Assembly (NCBI GenBank): GCA_944392225.1
Contig: CALXWB010000001.1
Location: 855 to 64,854 of the forward strand
DNA from: an uncultured Alphaproteobacteria bacterium
Lineage (GTDB): Bacteria > Pseudomonadota > Alphaproteobacteria > RF32 > CAG-239
DNA length: 64,000 bases
Reading direction: 5' to 3'
How positions within the stretch are numbered: position 1 is the stretch's first letter; every line of letters begins with the position of its first letter. The notes below the pieces were generated by a model that did not search any database, was not told the DNA's origin, and saw only the letters and a list, made by a program, of their open reading frames with translations. Shown here piece by piece: positions 56,053 through 64,000 of the stretch. The position numbers and the translations under genes are program-made.

Positions 56053-56352
56053 TACACATAGAGCGCCCCAAAGCGGGCGCTCTATGTGTATGACTACAAA
56101 AGACCGGAATCGAACCCGAGAGGGCGCGAACCGATAGAAAAGCTCCGGTGGAGCTTTTCGTTGTGAGCGGTGCCGTTTTGTTAATTTGCGAGAAGTGACA
56201 ACGCACGCAGCAAATATTACAAAACAAACTGGCGAATTCCCGAAAGCCTGCTCCATACACATAGAGCGCCCCAAAGCGGGCGCTCTATGTGTATGACTAC
56301 AAAAGACAGGAATCGAACAGAAAAGGGTGCGATAGAAAAGAAAAGCTCCGCC
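56043..56352. repeat. direct repeat re-copying the tRNA-Gly 3' end plus a 16-bp hairpin
   Basis: 56043-56115 and 56246-56318 are identical except for one base. Looser similarity continues ~35 nt beyond each copy. Confidence 0.85.
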
Positions 56353-56762
56353 TAATTTCCGCGATAGGTGGCATAGCCGTTGGCAGACATGGTCAACGGA
56401 ATGTGATAGTGTGTGTTCTCATTTATTTCAAAAACCACATCCACATAAGGATAAATCGAGTTCAAATTTTGTTTGGCAAAATAGTCTTTAGTGGCAAAGC
56501 TCAATTTATAAGTTCCCGAATTGTCTTTGTTTTGCGGCAAAAAGTTTGCAATGCGGCCGTTTGCATCGGTGATGCCGGAAGCAATTTCCTGCCATGCGCC
56601 GTTTTCTTGTTGTTGATAGAGCTTGATGGTGACGCCTGATGCCGGTTTGCCCGCACTTACATCTAAAATATGGGTGCTTAATTGATAAGAAATTTGCTCC
56701 TCAGCCTTGAGCGAAAAAGGAGCGGACAGAAGAACAATAAGAGGTAAAATAAACTTTATCAT
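56352..56762 (-). CDS. hiuH: 5-hydroxyisourate hydrolase (transthyretin-like), periplasmic
   Basis: Signal peptide, transthyretin signature HILDVSAGKPASGVTIKL, YHIPLTMSANGY and C-terminal YRGN (the family typically ends in YRGS). Confidence 0.8.
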   Translation of the reverse strand: MIKFILPLIVLLSAPFSLKAEEQISYQLSTHILDVSAGKPASGVTIKLYQQQENGAWQEIASGITDANGRIANFLPQNKDNSGTYKLSFATKDYFAKQNLNSIYPYVDVVFEINENTHYHIPLTMSANGYATYRGN

Positions 56763-56906
56763 GATATTATCCTTTTAGAAATGAAATCTTTGCTTATGCT
56801 AGGGGCGGAATTTGTTTTTGTAAAGAAAAATCGGATTGATAATCTTCTTTACATTCAATTTGATTTATTTTATTTTGAGCCTAGTTTTTTTATGTGAGAT
56901 TTGTGA

Positions 56907-57479
56907 ATGGTGAATGAACAATATAAACTCCTTGGTCGCAAGGTGGAAGATTTGCGACAAAAAGAAGATTTTTATCCGACCCCGAAATATGTGACCGAAG
57001 CACTTTTGAATAATTATCACTTCACGGGCAAAATTTGGGAGCCGGCTTGCGGTGACGGACGCTTGTCCGAGGTGTTGTTGCAACATTATAAAGATGTGGA
57101 AAGCTCCGATTTGGTTGACAGAGGTTACGGACAAGGCGGAGTGGATTTTCTCACCTCCACCAAAACTGCCCCCAATATCATTACCAATCCGCCGTTTCAT
57201 CTAGCATATGAATTTATTGTGCAAGGCTTGAAGCTTTCGGAAAAGTGCTTGGCTTTGCTCTTGCCCATTCGTTATCTGACCGGCAAAAAACGTGCCAAAC
57301 TTTATGCCAAGTTTCCACCGGCCAAAGTGATTGTTATTCCCAATAAAGTGGATTTTTTGGGCTTTGGTTCGCCGGCCATGGAGTTTGCCTGGTTTGTCTG
57401 GGAGAAGGGTGTGACACAAACCACTATTACCTGGGCAGATGTTCAAGATGCCGATTTGAAAGAAAAGAGAGAGAAATAA
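56907..57479 (+). CDS. compact gamma-class N6-adenine methyltransferase-like protein
   Basis: 190 aa. FYPTP (motif X), EPACGDG (motif I) and ITNPPF (motif IV), with no obvious target-recognition domain. Confidence 0.6.
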   Translation: MVNEQYKLLGRKVEDLRQKEDFYPTPKYVTEALLNNYHFTGKIWEPACGDGRLSEVLLQHYKDVESSDLVDRGYGQGGVDFLTSTKTAPNIITNPPFHLAYEFIVQGLKLSEKCLALLLPIRYLTGKKRAKLYAKFPPAKVIVIPNKVDFLGFGSPAMEFAWFVWEKGVTQTTITWADVQDADLKEKREK

Positions 57480-58057
57480 TGCGTAAAGATTTTTATGTTT
57501 TTCGTCATGGTGAAACCGAACTCAATAAGCAAAAGCGCTGGCAAGGTTCCGGCATGGATTATGATTTGAATGAAAACGGTATTCTGCAAGCACAAGGGCT
57601 GATTGACAAGCTCAATAACAAAGGTTTGGAAAAAATTTTTTCAAGTCCTCTCATCCGTGCCAAGCACACGGCAGAAATTGTGGCAAAAGCTTTGAATATT
57701 TCGGTGGAAATTCGTCCTGATTTGCGTGAGTGTTTTTACGGCAAAGCCGAAGGGCAGCTGATTGTCGATTTGCAAAAAGAAGTGCCCGAAATTGTCAACA
57801 ACTGGAACAACCCTCAATATTTCAACATCAAATTTGAGGGTGGCGAAAGCAAGAAAGACGCTCTAAACAGAGTGATGAAAGAGCTCCTTAAACTAACTTC
57901 TGAAGATTTTAAAATTGCCGGTGTAGCCATTCACGGCGGCACGATGGGGGCTATGCTCAACTTTTTGCATTATGACTTTGATAAGCTACCGAATTGTGCT
58001 GCTTTCCATTTGGTGTTTGACAATGGAAAATGGTTTGTTGACGGAGGTATTTTCTAA
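57479..58057 (+). CDS. histidine phosphatase family protein (phosphoglycerate mutase-like)
   Basis: FYVFRHGETELN (RHG motif), SSPLIRAKHTAEIV and VAIHGGTM. The start overlaps the methyltransferase stop (TAATG). Confidence 0.85.
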   Translation: MRKDFYVFRHGETELNKQKRWQGSGMDYDLNENGILQAQGLIDKLNNKGLEKIFSSPLIRAKHTAEIVAKALNISVEIRPDLRECFYGKAEGQLIVDLQKEVPEIVNNWNNPQYFNIKFEGGESKKDALNRVMKELLKLTSEDFKIAGVAIHGGTMGAMLNFLHYDFDKLPNCAAFHLVFDNGKWFVDGGIF

Positions 58058-58090
58058 TTGAAGTTAATCTGATCTTTATATTTTGCAAGT

Positions 58091-58124
58091 AAAAAAAAGC
58101 ACCCTGTGCAGGGTGCTTTTTTTT
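58091..58124. terminator. bidirectional hairpin terminator
   Basis: aaaaaaaa-gcaccc-tgtgca-gggtgc-tttttttt between convergent genes. Confidence 0.7.
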
Positions 58125-58141
58125 GTGGTTCTCCTTTCTAT

Positions 58142-59878
58142 TTAAAATTTGTGGCTTTTAACAGTATTATCTAGGATGCCTAATGAATTATTACTGGATT
58201 GCTCTAATGATGCGCAACTTGATGGAGCATGTCCATTCTTTTTGACATATTCTACGCATTTATTTAGGCATTCATCACTGATATTTTGACCAAGCACAGC
58301 ATAGCAAGTAGACTCTTCAGGTATAACCAAATCATGATTTCCTGAATTGTTTCCTCCTATTTCCGGATCAATTTGAATGAGGCTCTTATTACAAGAATTT
58401 CCGTTTGCAGATACAATATATCCTTCAGCGCAGCTTGTCAGTTTGTATTTATTGCCGCTGGATGAACAATCTGTGTTTTTCAAAGTACATTTATCGCAAA
58501 CGCCATTTTCCGGGCATTCATCCAATGTGTAGCCGGAGCAGGTGTTTTCTGTGCATTTTTTGACGGCAACCCATTGTCCTTTAACATAGTTGGGATCATA
58601 GGGGCATTTAGTCCTTATTTCAAACTCGTAAGTTGTAAAGCTTACGCCGCTGGAAATTCCGTCAATTGTCCAATCGCCGGTTGAGACTGTTGGTTTGCAG
58701 ATATCAGCATCTTTACATTCTGCTCTGGAACAATCATTTTTTGAGATGCAAGCAAGTGTTTGGCAGAATGAGCAATATTGGCATGCCGCTGTGCCGCAGC
58801 TATTGGCTGTGCAGCTTGATGAGCATCCTTGTGTCGGGACAACCAATCCGCTAGTTCCTCCACCGCCAAGCAGTTGGTTTTTTTGATCTAAATCTGTTGT
58901 AACTAGGTCTTCAGCCTGAGCGGTTTTTATACCAACTAAGTTGTTCAAAATATATGCAAAAGAGTTGGAATTGGTGTTGTTATAGCTCAAGCCCGGGATT
59001 TTTCCAAAACCACTGGTTGGTTTTAGGGTTTCCCAATAATCCATGGTGTGATAACCTTCTTTTTCACATTTTTCTTGATCTGTTTCAGGCGGTTGGCATT
59101 GAAAACAGGTTGAACCGGCTTCGGTAAAGGTAAATTTATCCGTTTTGCCGGTTTCACATTCTTTAAAGAATCCGCTGGGGCAGGTATCATCTTTGGGAAC
59201 GCATGACAGGCCGTCTTCGCTTAATTTATATCCGTCATTACATTCTGAAATTTTGCAAAAATCCGTGCCGCATTCGGCTACAACCGTGCCTTGATTATAT
59301 TGACCCGAACCAAAGTCCACAGTCATGTTGCTGCCAGACGGATTGCATGACGGACATTTGACCATGGTTTTGGCATTTGCCGGTTTATTTAAACAGTTGT
59401 ATTTATATTCATCGGCACAATCAATCTTTTGACAGTCGGTATAACATGTTAAAACACCTTCAACAGAAACTTTGAGACATTTTTCTCCTTTTGAGATTGT
59501 TTCAGACATGTTGCCACAGGTGATTTTTGTACAATCGGTAATTACGCCGTCGGTATAGACTGCTTTGTATCCGCTTTTGCAGCTGTTAATTCTATAGCGA
59601 TTGCGGTCATATGGACAACGTGAAGCATTGGCACTGACACTTGAAACTGAGGTCAAGGTAAAGCCGGCACATTTATCTGCGGCATTGCCTCTGTATGTTT
59701 CATCTTCATATGAATAATCAGGAAGAAATTGAATCGCGGCCAGTTTGTAGCCTGTTTGAGAATTGGTATCAAGGTAAAGAGATGGTGAAGCTTTTGCTGA
59801 TGTTGCATTTGAACAGAGAAATGTCAGCATCGCAATAAGACTATATAAGCATAGCCTTTTAAGGTTTGGTATTTGCAT
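58142..59878 (-). CDS. secreted cysteine-rich protein with EGF-like CxxGY modules
   Basis: 578 aa with a signal peptide. By my count ~46 Cys. Repeated modules are SCKSGYKAVYTDGVITDC, ECNDGYKLSEDGLSC and SCAEGYIVSANGNSC, and CPYD(R/P)N occurs twice. Confidence 0.7.
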   Translation of the reverse strand: MQIPNLKRLCLYSLIAMLTFLCSNATSAKASPSLYLDTNSQTGYKLAAIQFLPDYSYEDETYRGNAADKCAGFTLTSVSSVSANASRCPYDRNRYRINSCKSGYKAVYTDGVITDCTKITCGNMSETISKGEKCLKVSVEGVLTCYTDCQKIDCADEYKYNCLNKPANAKTMVKCPSCNPSGSNMTVDFGSGQYNQGTVVAECGTDFCKISECNDGYKLSEDGLSCVPKDDTCPSGFFKECETGKTDKFTFTEAGSTCFQCQPPETDQEKCEKEGYHTMDYWETLKPTSGFGKIPGLSYNNTNSNSFAYILNNLVGIKTAQAEDLVTTDLDQKNQLLGGGGTSGLVVPTQGCSSSCTANSCGTAACQYCSFCQTLACISKNDCSRAECKDADICKPTVSTGDWTIDGISSGVSFTTYEFEIRTKCPYDPNYVKGQWVAVKKCTENTCSGYTLDECPENGVCDKCTLKNTDCSSSGNKYKLTSCAEGYIVSANGNSCNKSLIQIDPEIGGNNSGNHDLVIPEESTCYAVLGQNISDECLNKCVEYVKKNGHAPSSCASLEQSSNNSLGILDNTVKSHKF

Positions 59879-59993
59879 CTTTTGTCTCCATAGAATAATT
59901 ATTATGTAAACTCATACTTTATGGTAGTTTTTTTTTCTATATTTTGCAACCTTAAAAGTGTTATTTATTTGTTACAATTTTTATAAATTGCAT

Positions 59994-60563
59994 CTATGCG
60001 TGCCCGGAATCGGCCGACAAGCAAGAAATGTCTATGCCCAGTTCATCAATGGCTTTTTGCCATTTTTCCTCATCTTTGGTGCGAAAAATGAGCTCATTAT
60101 CCGGCTGAACAACAAGCCAGGTGTTGTTTTTGATCTCATTTTCCAATTGTTGCGGGGCCCAGCTGGAATAGCCCAAAGCAATCAGGTTTTCTTTGGGGCC
60201 GATGCCATAGGCTATATCACTGATTATGTCTATGGAAGAGGAAATGGCAATGTCTTTGTTGATGACGACTGTGTCATTTTTGATATAGTCCGTTGAGTGC
60301 AGAACAAAACCACGGATACGCTCCAACAAGCCGCCCTGGTGAAGTTTTATCGGTTCAACGGGATATTGTGGCGTGATGGGCAATTGGTTGGCCAGATCAG
60401 CAAAGTTAAAGTCTTTTATCTGTTGGTTTAAAACAAAGCCGATTGCGCCATCTGTTGTGTGAGAACAGATTAAAATGATGGATTTTGCAAAATATTCATC
60501 TCGCAGATTGGGCATTGCAATCAGACATTTTCCCGTTAAAAAATCTGTTTTGTTTTTTTCCAT
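59994..60563 (-). CDS. YqgE/AlgH family protein (UPF0301)
   Basis: GKCLIAMPNLRDEYFAKSIILICSHTTDGAIGFVLNQ matches the AlgH family N-terminus. Size is 189 aa. Confidence 0.85.
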   Translation of the reverse strand: MEKNKTDFLTGKCLIAMPNLRDEYFAKSIILICSHTTDGAIGFVLNQQIKDFNFADLANQLPITPQYPVEPIKLHQGGLLERIRGFVLHSTDYIKNDTVVINKDIAISSSIDIISDIAYGIGPKENLIALGYSSWAPQQLENEIKNNTWLVVQPDNELIFRTKDEEKWQKAIDELGIDISCLSADSGHA

Positions 60564-60666
60564 TGCCGCACCTTCAAAATAAATCTTCTTGTATTAAATC
60601 TCCAATATGTATAATATCATAAAATATAATAATATTAAAACAATTTTTCATCGGCGGGAAGGTTTT

Positions 60667-63360
60667 ATGAAAAAATTTTTATTATTTTTATTGGCTTTTG
60701 TTTGTTTTGGGGAAAATTGTCTGGCTCAGAACAAAATTATTTATGATTTTAAGCCCGATGAAGAACAAAAATCTGAGAATCCGCCTTCCATTTATGCTCA
60801 GATTGAAAAAATATTGGGCAATTATACTTTTTTTGAGGCTAACTATCCCGGTGATAAAATTGACGGAAATATTATGCCGGATGTAAAAAAACATTATCCA
60901 GGCTTGTCTGATGAGGCTTTGGAAGAAAAAGCTCAGGATATTCGCTCAAAGGTGAAATTCTACCGCGCCGTGAAGGCAAAATATAATGAAATTAAAGAAA
61001 AAATGCTGCTCCCGGAACCGCCGCCGCTGGTTTTGGATGACAGTGAATATGATGTGCCAAAAAAAATTGAATATATTGACAATGGTGATGTTACTCCGCT
61101 CATTGTGACAGATTTTAAAAAAGTTTTGAGCTATGGCAATGATAAACGCGATTTTGAGGCTATGGAGCTTTATTATCAGAAAAAAATGGCGGAAAAAAAT
61201 TCGGCTTACGGCAATTTTTTCAAATTGGCTCAATTGCTTGGCGCTTTGGAATTCAAAAAACTCTTTTTCTACGGCATTGCTTATGATAATCCGTTTACCG
61301 GGTTGCAGGGGCTCGGGGCTTGGCAAAAAAATCAATATGCCGATGTGCGCCTCATTTCCAATGATGTTTCCGTGGGTAAAAATGCTCATATCTTGGCTGC
61401 TATCCATTTTGACCTTCCAAACGGCTATATGCTTTTGTGGAGCCCGGAAAAAAACATTGCCAAACCCACATTTGATTTTTCTGCTTCCAAAAATGTGAAA
61501 AATGTTAAAATCCATATGCCGATGCCGACACGCGTGATTGATAATACGGATGATAATATCATCGGCTATGTCGGCGATTTTGCCATTCCTTTGGAAATTG
61601 AGCTCCAAAATACCACGCAACCGCTTGAGCTGAATGCCGATATTAAGGCTCATGTTTGCGGAAAAAATCAGTGCCATGGGCTGGAGTTCAAACCGCAACT
61701 GAAACTCAAAACAGGTGATACGTTCTTAAAATCGGCCTTGAGCAACTTTATTGAGCGTAGTTTTGCCAATTTGCCCAAGGAAGAAAGCAAGGCCTTTTTT
61801 GTGAAAAAAGCCGTGGTGGACAGCGATGCCAACGGTGAACAAACTCTGCGTGTGGTTTTTGAAACAGATACCTCCCCGGAAAAAATCAGCTTGTTTATTC
61901 AATCGCAAGACGATATCAGATTTTATCGACCAAAAATTACTTTGAATGATGACGAAATCATTGCGCGTTTTAAGGTGCAAAATAAAGATGAAAATATTGT
62001 CGGAAAAGAGTTTGAAATCACAGCCGGAATCAGCCCCTCGCAGATGATTAGAACCCAGATTAAACCTCAAAAAGCCTCGATTTTTGATACCAACAAACCC
62101 ACATTTTCCGTTATGCTGATAATCATGGCTTTGGTCGGTGGGTTTATCTTGAACCTGATGCCGTGTGTTTTCCCGGTATTGTCTTTGAAGTTTTTAACAC
62201 TCACCCGCTATGGCGCGATGGAAGAAAAAGCCATTCGCAAGAGTTTTGCCTACACCGCATTGGGCATTATGCTGGCTTTTGCTTTGTTAACAGCCGTCCT
62301 TTGCGCTTTGAAAGCCGCCGATGTGGCGATTGGTTGGGGGATGCAGTTCCAAAACCCATATTTCTTGGTGTTTATGGCAATCGTAATGGTGTTTTTTATG
62401 GCGCAGATTTTCGGGCTGATTGATATCAAAACGCCGGAATTCATTTTGAAACGGCTTAAAAATAAGGACCCAAGGCAAGATAACTTTATCAATATTTTGG
62501 CCGGGCTGTTTATCGTTTTGGTGGCCACGCCCTGCACGGCGCCGTATCTTGGCACAACGCTCGGTTTTGCCTTGGCCGGCACCATAACGGATATCATCAT
62601 TTTGTTGCCGCTGGTGGGCTTGGGGCTGGCAATGCCTTATATCCTTTTGGCGGTTTATCCTGATTTGGGCGCATTGATGCCCAAACCGGGGCCGTGGATG
62701 CAAAAGCTCAGCGCCTTTATGATTTTGATGCTTATTTTAACCATCGTTTGGTTGCTTTCAATTTTACAAGCGCAAACCGATTGGAATACGGTTCTTTGGG
62801 TGGGGGCAGGGCTTGCCTTTTTCCTCCTGATGTTTTATTTGCGGCGGTTGATTTATGATTCAATTGAAAATCAGAATGAAGATTTGGCCGTGCGACAGAG
62901 TGCCAAAAAGCTGGTGCGCCGCGTGATTAGCCTTTTATTGCTTGCGGTGACAATCGGTTGTTTGTATCAAGCCGATAAGGCCTTCAAAATCCACATGGCG
63001 GAAGTGGCGCTGACAAGGGAAGTGAAAATTGACCGCGCGCAAATTGATGCTTATTTGAAAGAAGGGAATATTGTCATTGTTCGTGTGGGGGCAGATTGGT
63101 GTCTGACCTGCAAATTTAATGACGTGACGGTGTTTGACAACAGCAAAATTGAGGAATTAGCCAAGTTCTACAAAGTGAAATATATTGATGTGGACTGGAC
63201 CGATTATAATCGCAAAGTGCTGGAATTTATGCGCCAGTTCGGGCGCTCGGGCTTGCCGTTTTATATCATCTTCAGCCGCAGTGTGCCGGACGGAATGGTC
63301 TTGCCCGAGATTTTGACTGAAGATGAGCTGACCAAAGTGATTAAAGGTTTTGCAGATTAG
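60667..63360 (+). CDS. thiol:disulfide interchange protein, DsbD/ScsB-like
   Basis: Start moved to the ATG at 60667 (MKKFLLFLLAFVCFG signal). Large periplasmic N-terminal domain. TM core with LNLMPCVFPVLSLKF and ATPCTAPYLG. C-terminal thioredoxin-like GADWCLTCKFN. Confidence 0.85.
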   Translation: MKKFLLFLLAFVCFGENCLAQNKIIYDFKPDEEQKSENPPSIYAQIEKILGNYTFFEANYPGDKIDGNIMPDVKKHYPGLSDEALEEKAQDIRSKVKFYRAVKAKYNEIKEKMLLPEPPPLVLDDSEYDVPKKIEYIDNGDVTPLIVTDFKKVLSYGNDKRDFEAMELYYQKKMAEKNSAYGNFFKLAQLLGALEFKKLFFYGIAYDNPFTGLQGLGAWQKNQYADVRLISNDVSVGKNAHILAAIHFDLPNGYMLLWSPEKNIAKPTFDFSASKNVKNVKIHMPMPTRVIDNTDDNIIGYVGDFAIPLEIELQNTTQPLELNADIKAHVCGKNQCHGLEFKPQLKLKTGDTFLKSALSNFIERSFANLPKEESKAFFVKKAVVDSDANGEQTLRVVFETDTSPEKISLFIQSQDDIRFYRPKITLNDDEIIARFKVQNKDENIVGKEFEITAGISPSQMIRTQIKPQKASIFDTNKPTFSVMLIIMALVGGFILNLMPCVFPVLSLKFLTLTRYGAMEEKAIRKSFAYTALGIMLAFALLTAVLCALKAADVAIGWGMQFQNPYFLVFMAIVMVFFMAQIFGLIDIKTPEFILKRLKNKDPRQDNFINILAGLFIVLVATPCTAPYLGTTLGFALAGTITDIIILLPLVGLGLAMPYILLAVYPDLGALMPKPGPWMQKLSAFMILMLILTIVWLLSILQAQTDWNTVLWVGAGLAFFLLMFYLRRLIYDSIENQNEDLAVRQSAKKLVRRVISLLLLAVTIGCLYQADKAFKIHMAEVALTREVKIDRAQIDAYLKEGNIVIVRVGADWCLTCKFNDVTVFDNSKIEELAKFYKVKYIDVDWTDYNRKVLEFMRQFGRSGLPFYIIFSRSVPDGMVLPEILTEDELTKVIKGFAD

Positions 63361-63432
63361 GAAAAAATTCCTTGACTTTTGAGACTTTTTGTATTATATT
63401 GAATTATCACTTGGGATAAGTGTGTTCGTTTT

Positions 63433-63462
63433 AAAGCTGATGAGTTTTCATCAGCTTTTTTT
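63433..63462 (+). terminator. rho-independent terminator downstream of the DsbD-like gene
   Basis: aaagctgatga-gttt-tcatcagcttt followed by tttt. Confidence 0.6.
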
Positions 63463-63492
63463 GTTTTAAAAATTTTAATAGGAGTTTTATTT

Positions 63493-64000
63493 ATGCAACC
63501 ATTTAATTTGAAAAAAGAAGTTTCTGAAACAACAGCAGACATTGATTCTGATGATGTTATCAATGTCAAAAAACATTTAAAGAATTTTGGCTATTATAAA
63601 GAACCTGAATGGGGAATTGATGCCATAGTCGATACAAAAATGTTTGATGGAATAAGGTCTTTTCAAAAAGATAAAAATTTAAAAATTGATGGCGTTATGA
63701 AACCTAAAGGTGAAACGGAATCTATGTTTAATAAGATATTGAAAAAAGGAGAATATGGAGCAACAGGAGGTTTGCAGGGACTAAGCTTTGGATGGGCAGA
63801 TGAAGCTGAAGGAGCTATCGGTGGTGTCGGTTATGCTTTGGGAAGTTTAAATCCAAAGTGGAATAAGCAAAAAGAAAGTATGTCTGAAGCATTTGAGCGC
63901 GGATATAAAAAATACCGTGATAATAGAAGAAGTGTTTTGGAAGAGGGATATAAAAAGGCGCCGATATTAACAGGAGGAATGGAAGTGTCCGGTGCTATTG
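63493..64000 (+). CDS. protein with N-terminal peptidoglycan-binding-like domain (N-terminal fragment, runs off window)
   Basis: Not in the ORF track because it is open-ended. ATG at 63493, 9 nt after AGGAG; I checked that there is no stop to 64000. LKNFGYYKEPEWGIDAIVDTKMFDGIRSFQKDKNLKIDGVMKPKGET resembles PG_binding_1, followed by a Gly-rich GATGGLQGLSFGWADEAEGAIGGVGYALG. Confidence 0.55.
   Translation, partial: MQPFNLKKEVSETTADIDSDDVINVKKHLKNFGYYKEPEWGIDAIVDTKMFDGIRSFQKDKNLKIDGVMKPKGETESMFNKILKKGEYGATGGLQGLSFGWADEAEGAIGGVGYALGSLNPKWNKQKESMSEAFERGYKKYRDNRRSVLEEGYKKAPILTGGMEVSGAI

Noticed and set aside
63372-63462. Promoter-like TTGACT-17-TATATT followed ~35 nt later by a strong terminator hairpin, which could define a ~50-nt sRNA or leader.
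   Set aside because: The hairpin is most simply the terminator of the DsbD-like gene, which ends at 63360. -35/-10-like hexamers arise easily in AT-rich intergenic DNA. There is no supporting conservation or expression data.

Overview
This is a 64-kb chromosomal segment from an AT-rich alphaproteobacterium. The lineage is inferred, not proven, from gcrA, mipZ, hdaA, a CckA-like hybrid kinase, the rpoZ-spoT-acpS-lepB-rnc-era block and a GTTC-N7-GTTC SOS box. Most of the window is densely packed core genes: gyrA, motAB, flagellar export fliQ-fliR-flhB, pgm, a PBP5-like carboxypeptidase, rluD, rpoH, tsaC/sua5, a 1188-aa pyruvate:ferredoxin oxidoreductase, a DsbD/ScsB-like reductase, tRNA-His(GTG) and tRNA-Gly(CCC). 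Six things stand out. (1) Both tRNA genes are followed by direct repeats that re-copy the tRNA 3' end plus its downstream hairpin, and the two repeat regions share a common layout. (2) Next to the tRNA-His repeats lies a ~7-kb minus-strand operon ending in an orphan VirD4/TraG-type coupling ATPase. It is preceded by four proteins I cannot place; two are paralogous membrane proteins and one carries a NERD/PD-(D/E)xK-like domain. No other T4SS, relaxase or integrase gene is visible. (3) An SOS-box-preceded umuDC-like pair has a UmuD homologue that starts where the UmuD' cleavage product starts and has lost the Ser/Lys dyad. (4) An HNH/AHH-like nuclease gene overlaps (ATGA) a SUKH/SMI1-like immunity-type gene. 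(5) There is a tail-anchored predicted pseudokinase. (6) A secreted protein with ~8% cysteine and EGF-like CxxGY modules sits near the DsbD-like gene. I saw no CRISPR array, rRNA, transposase or integrase. All family assignments come from by-eye motif recognition on the supplied translations; no database search or computation was run.
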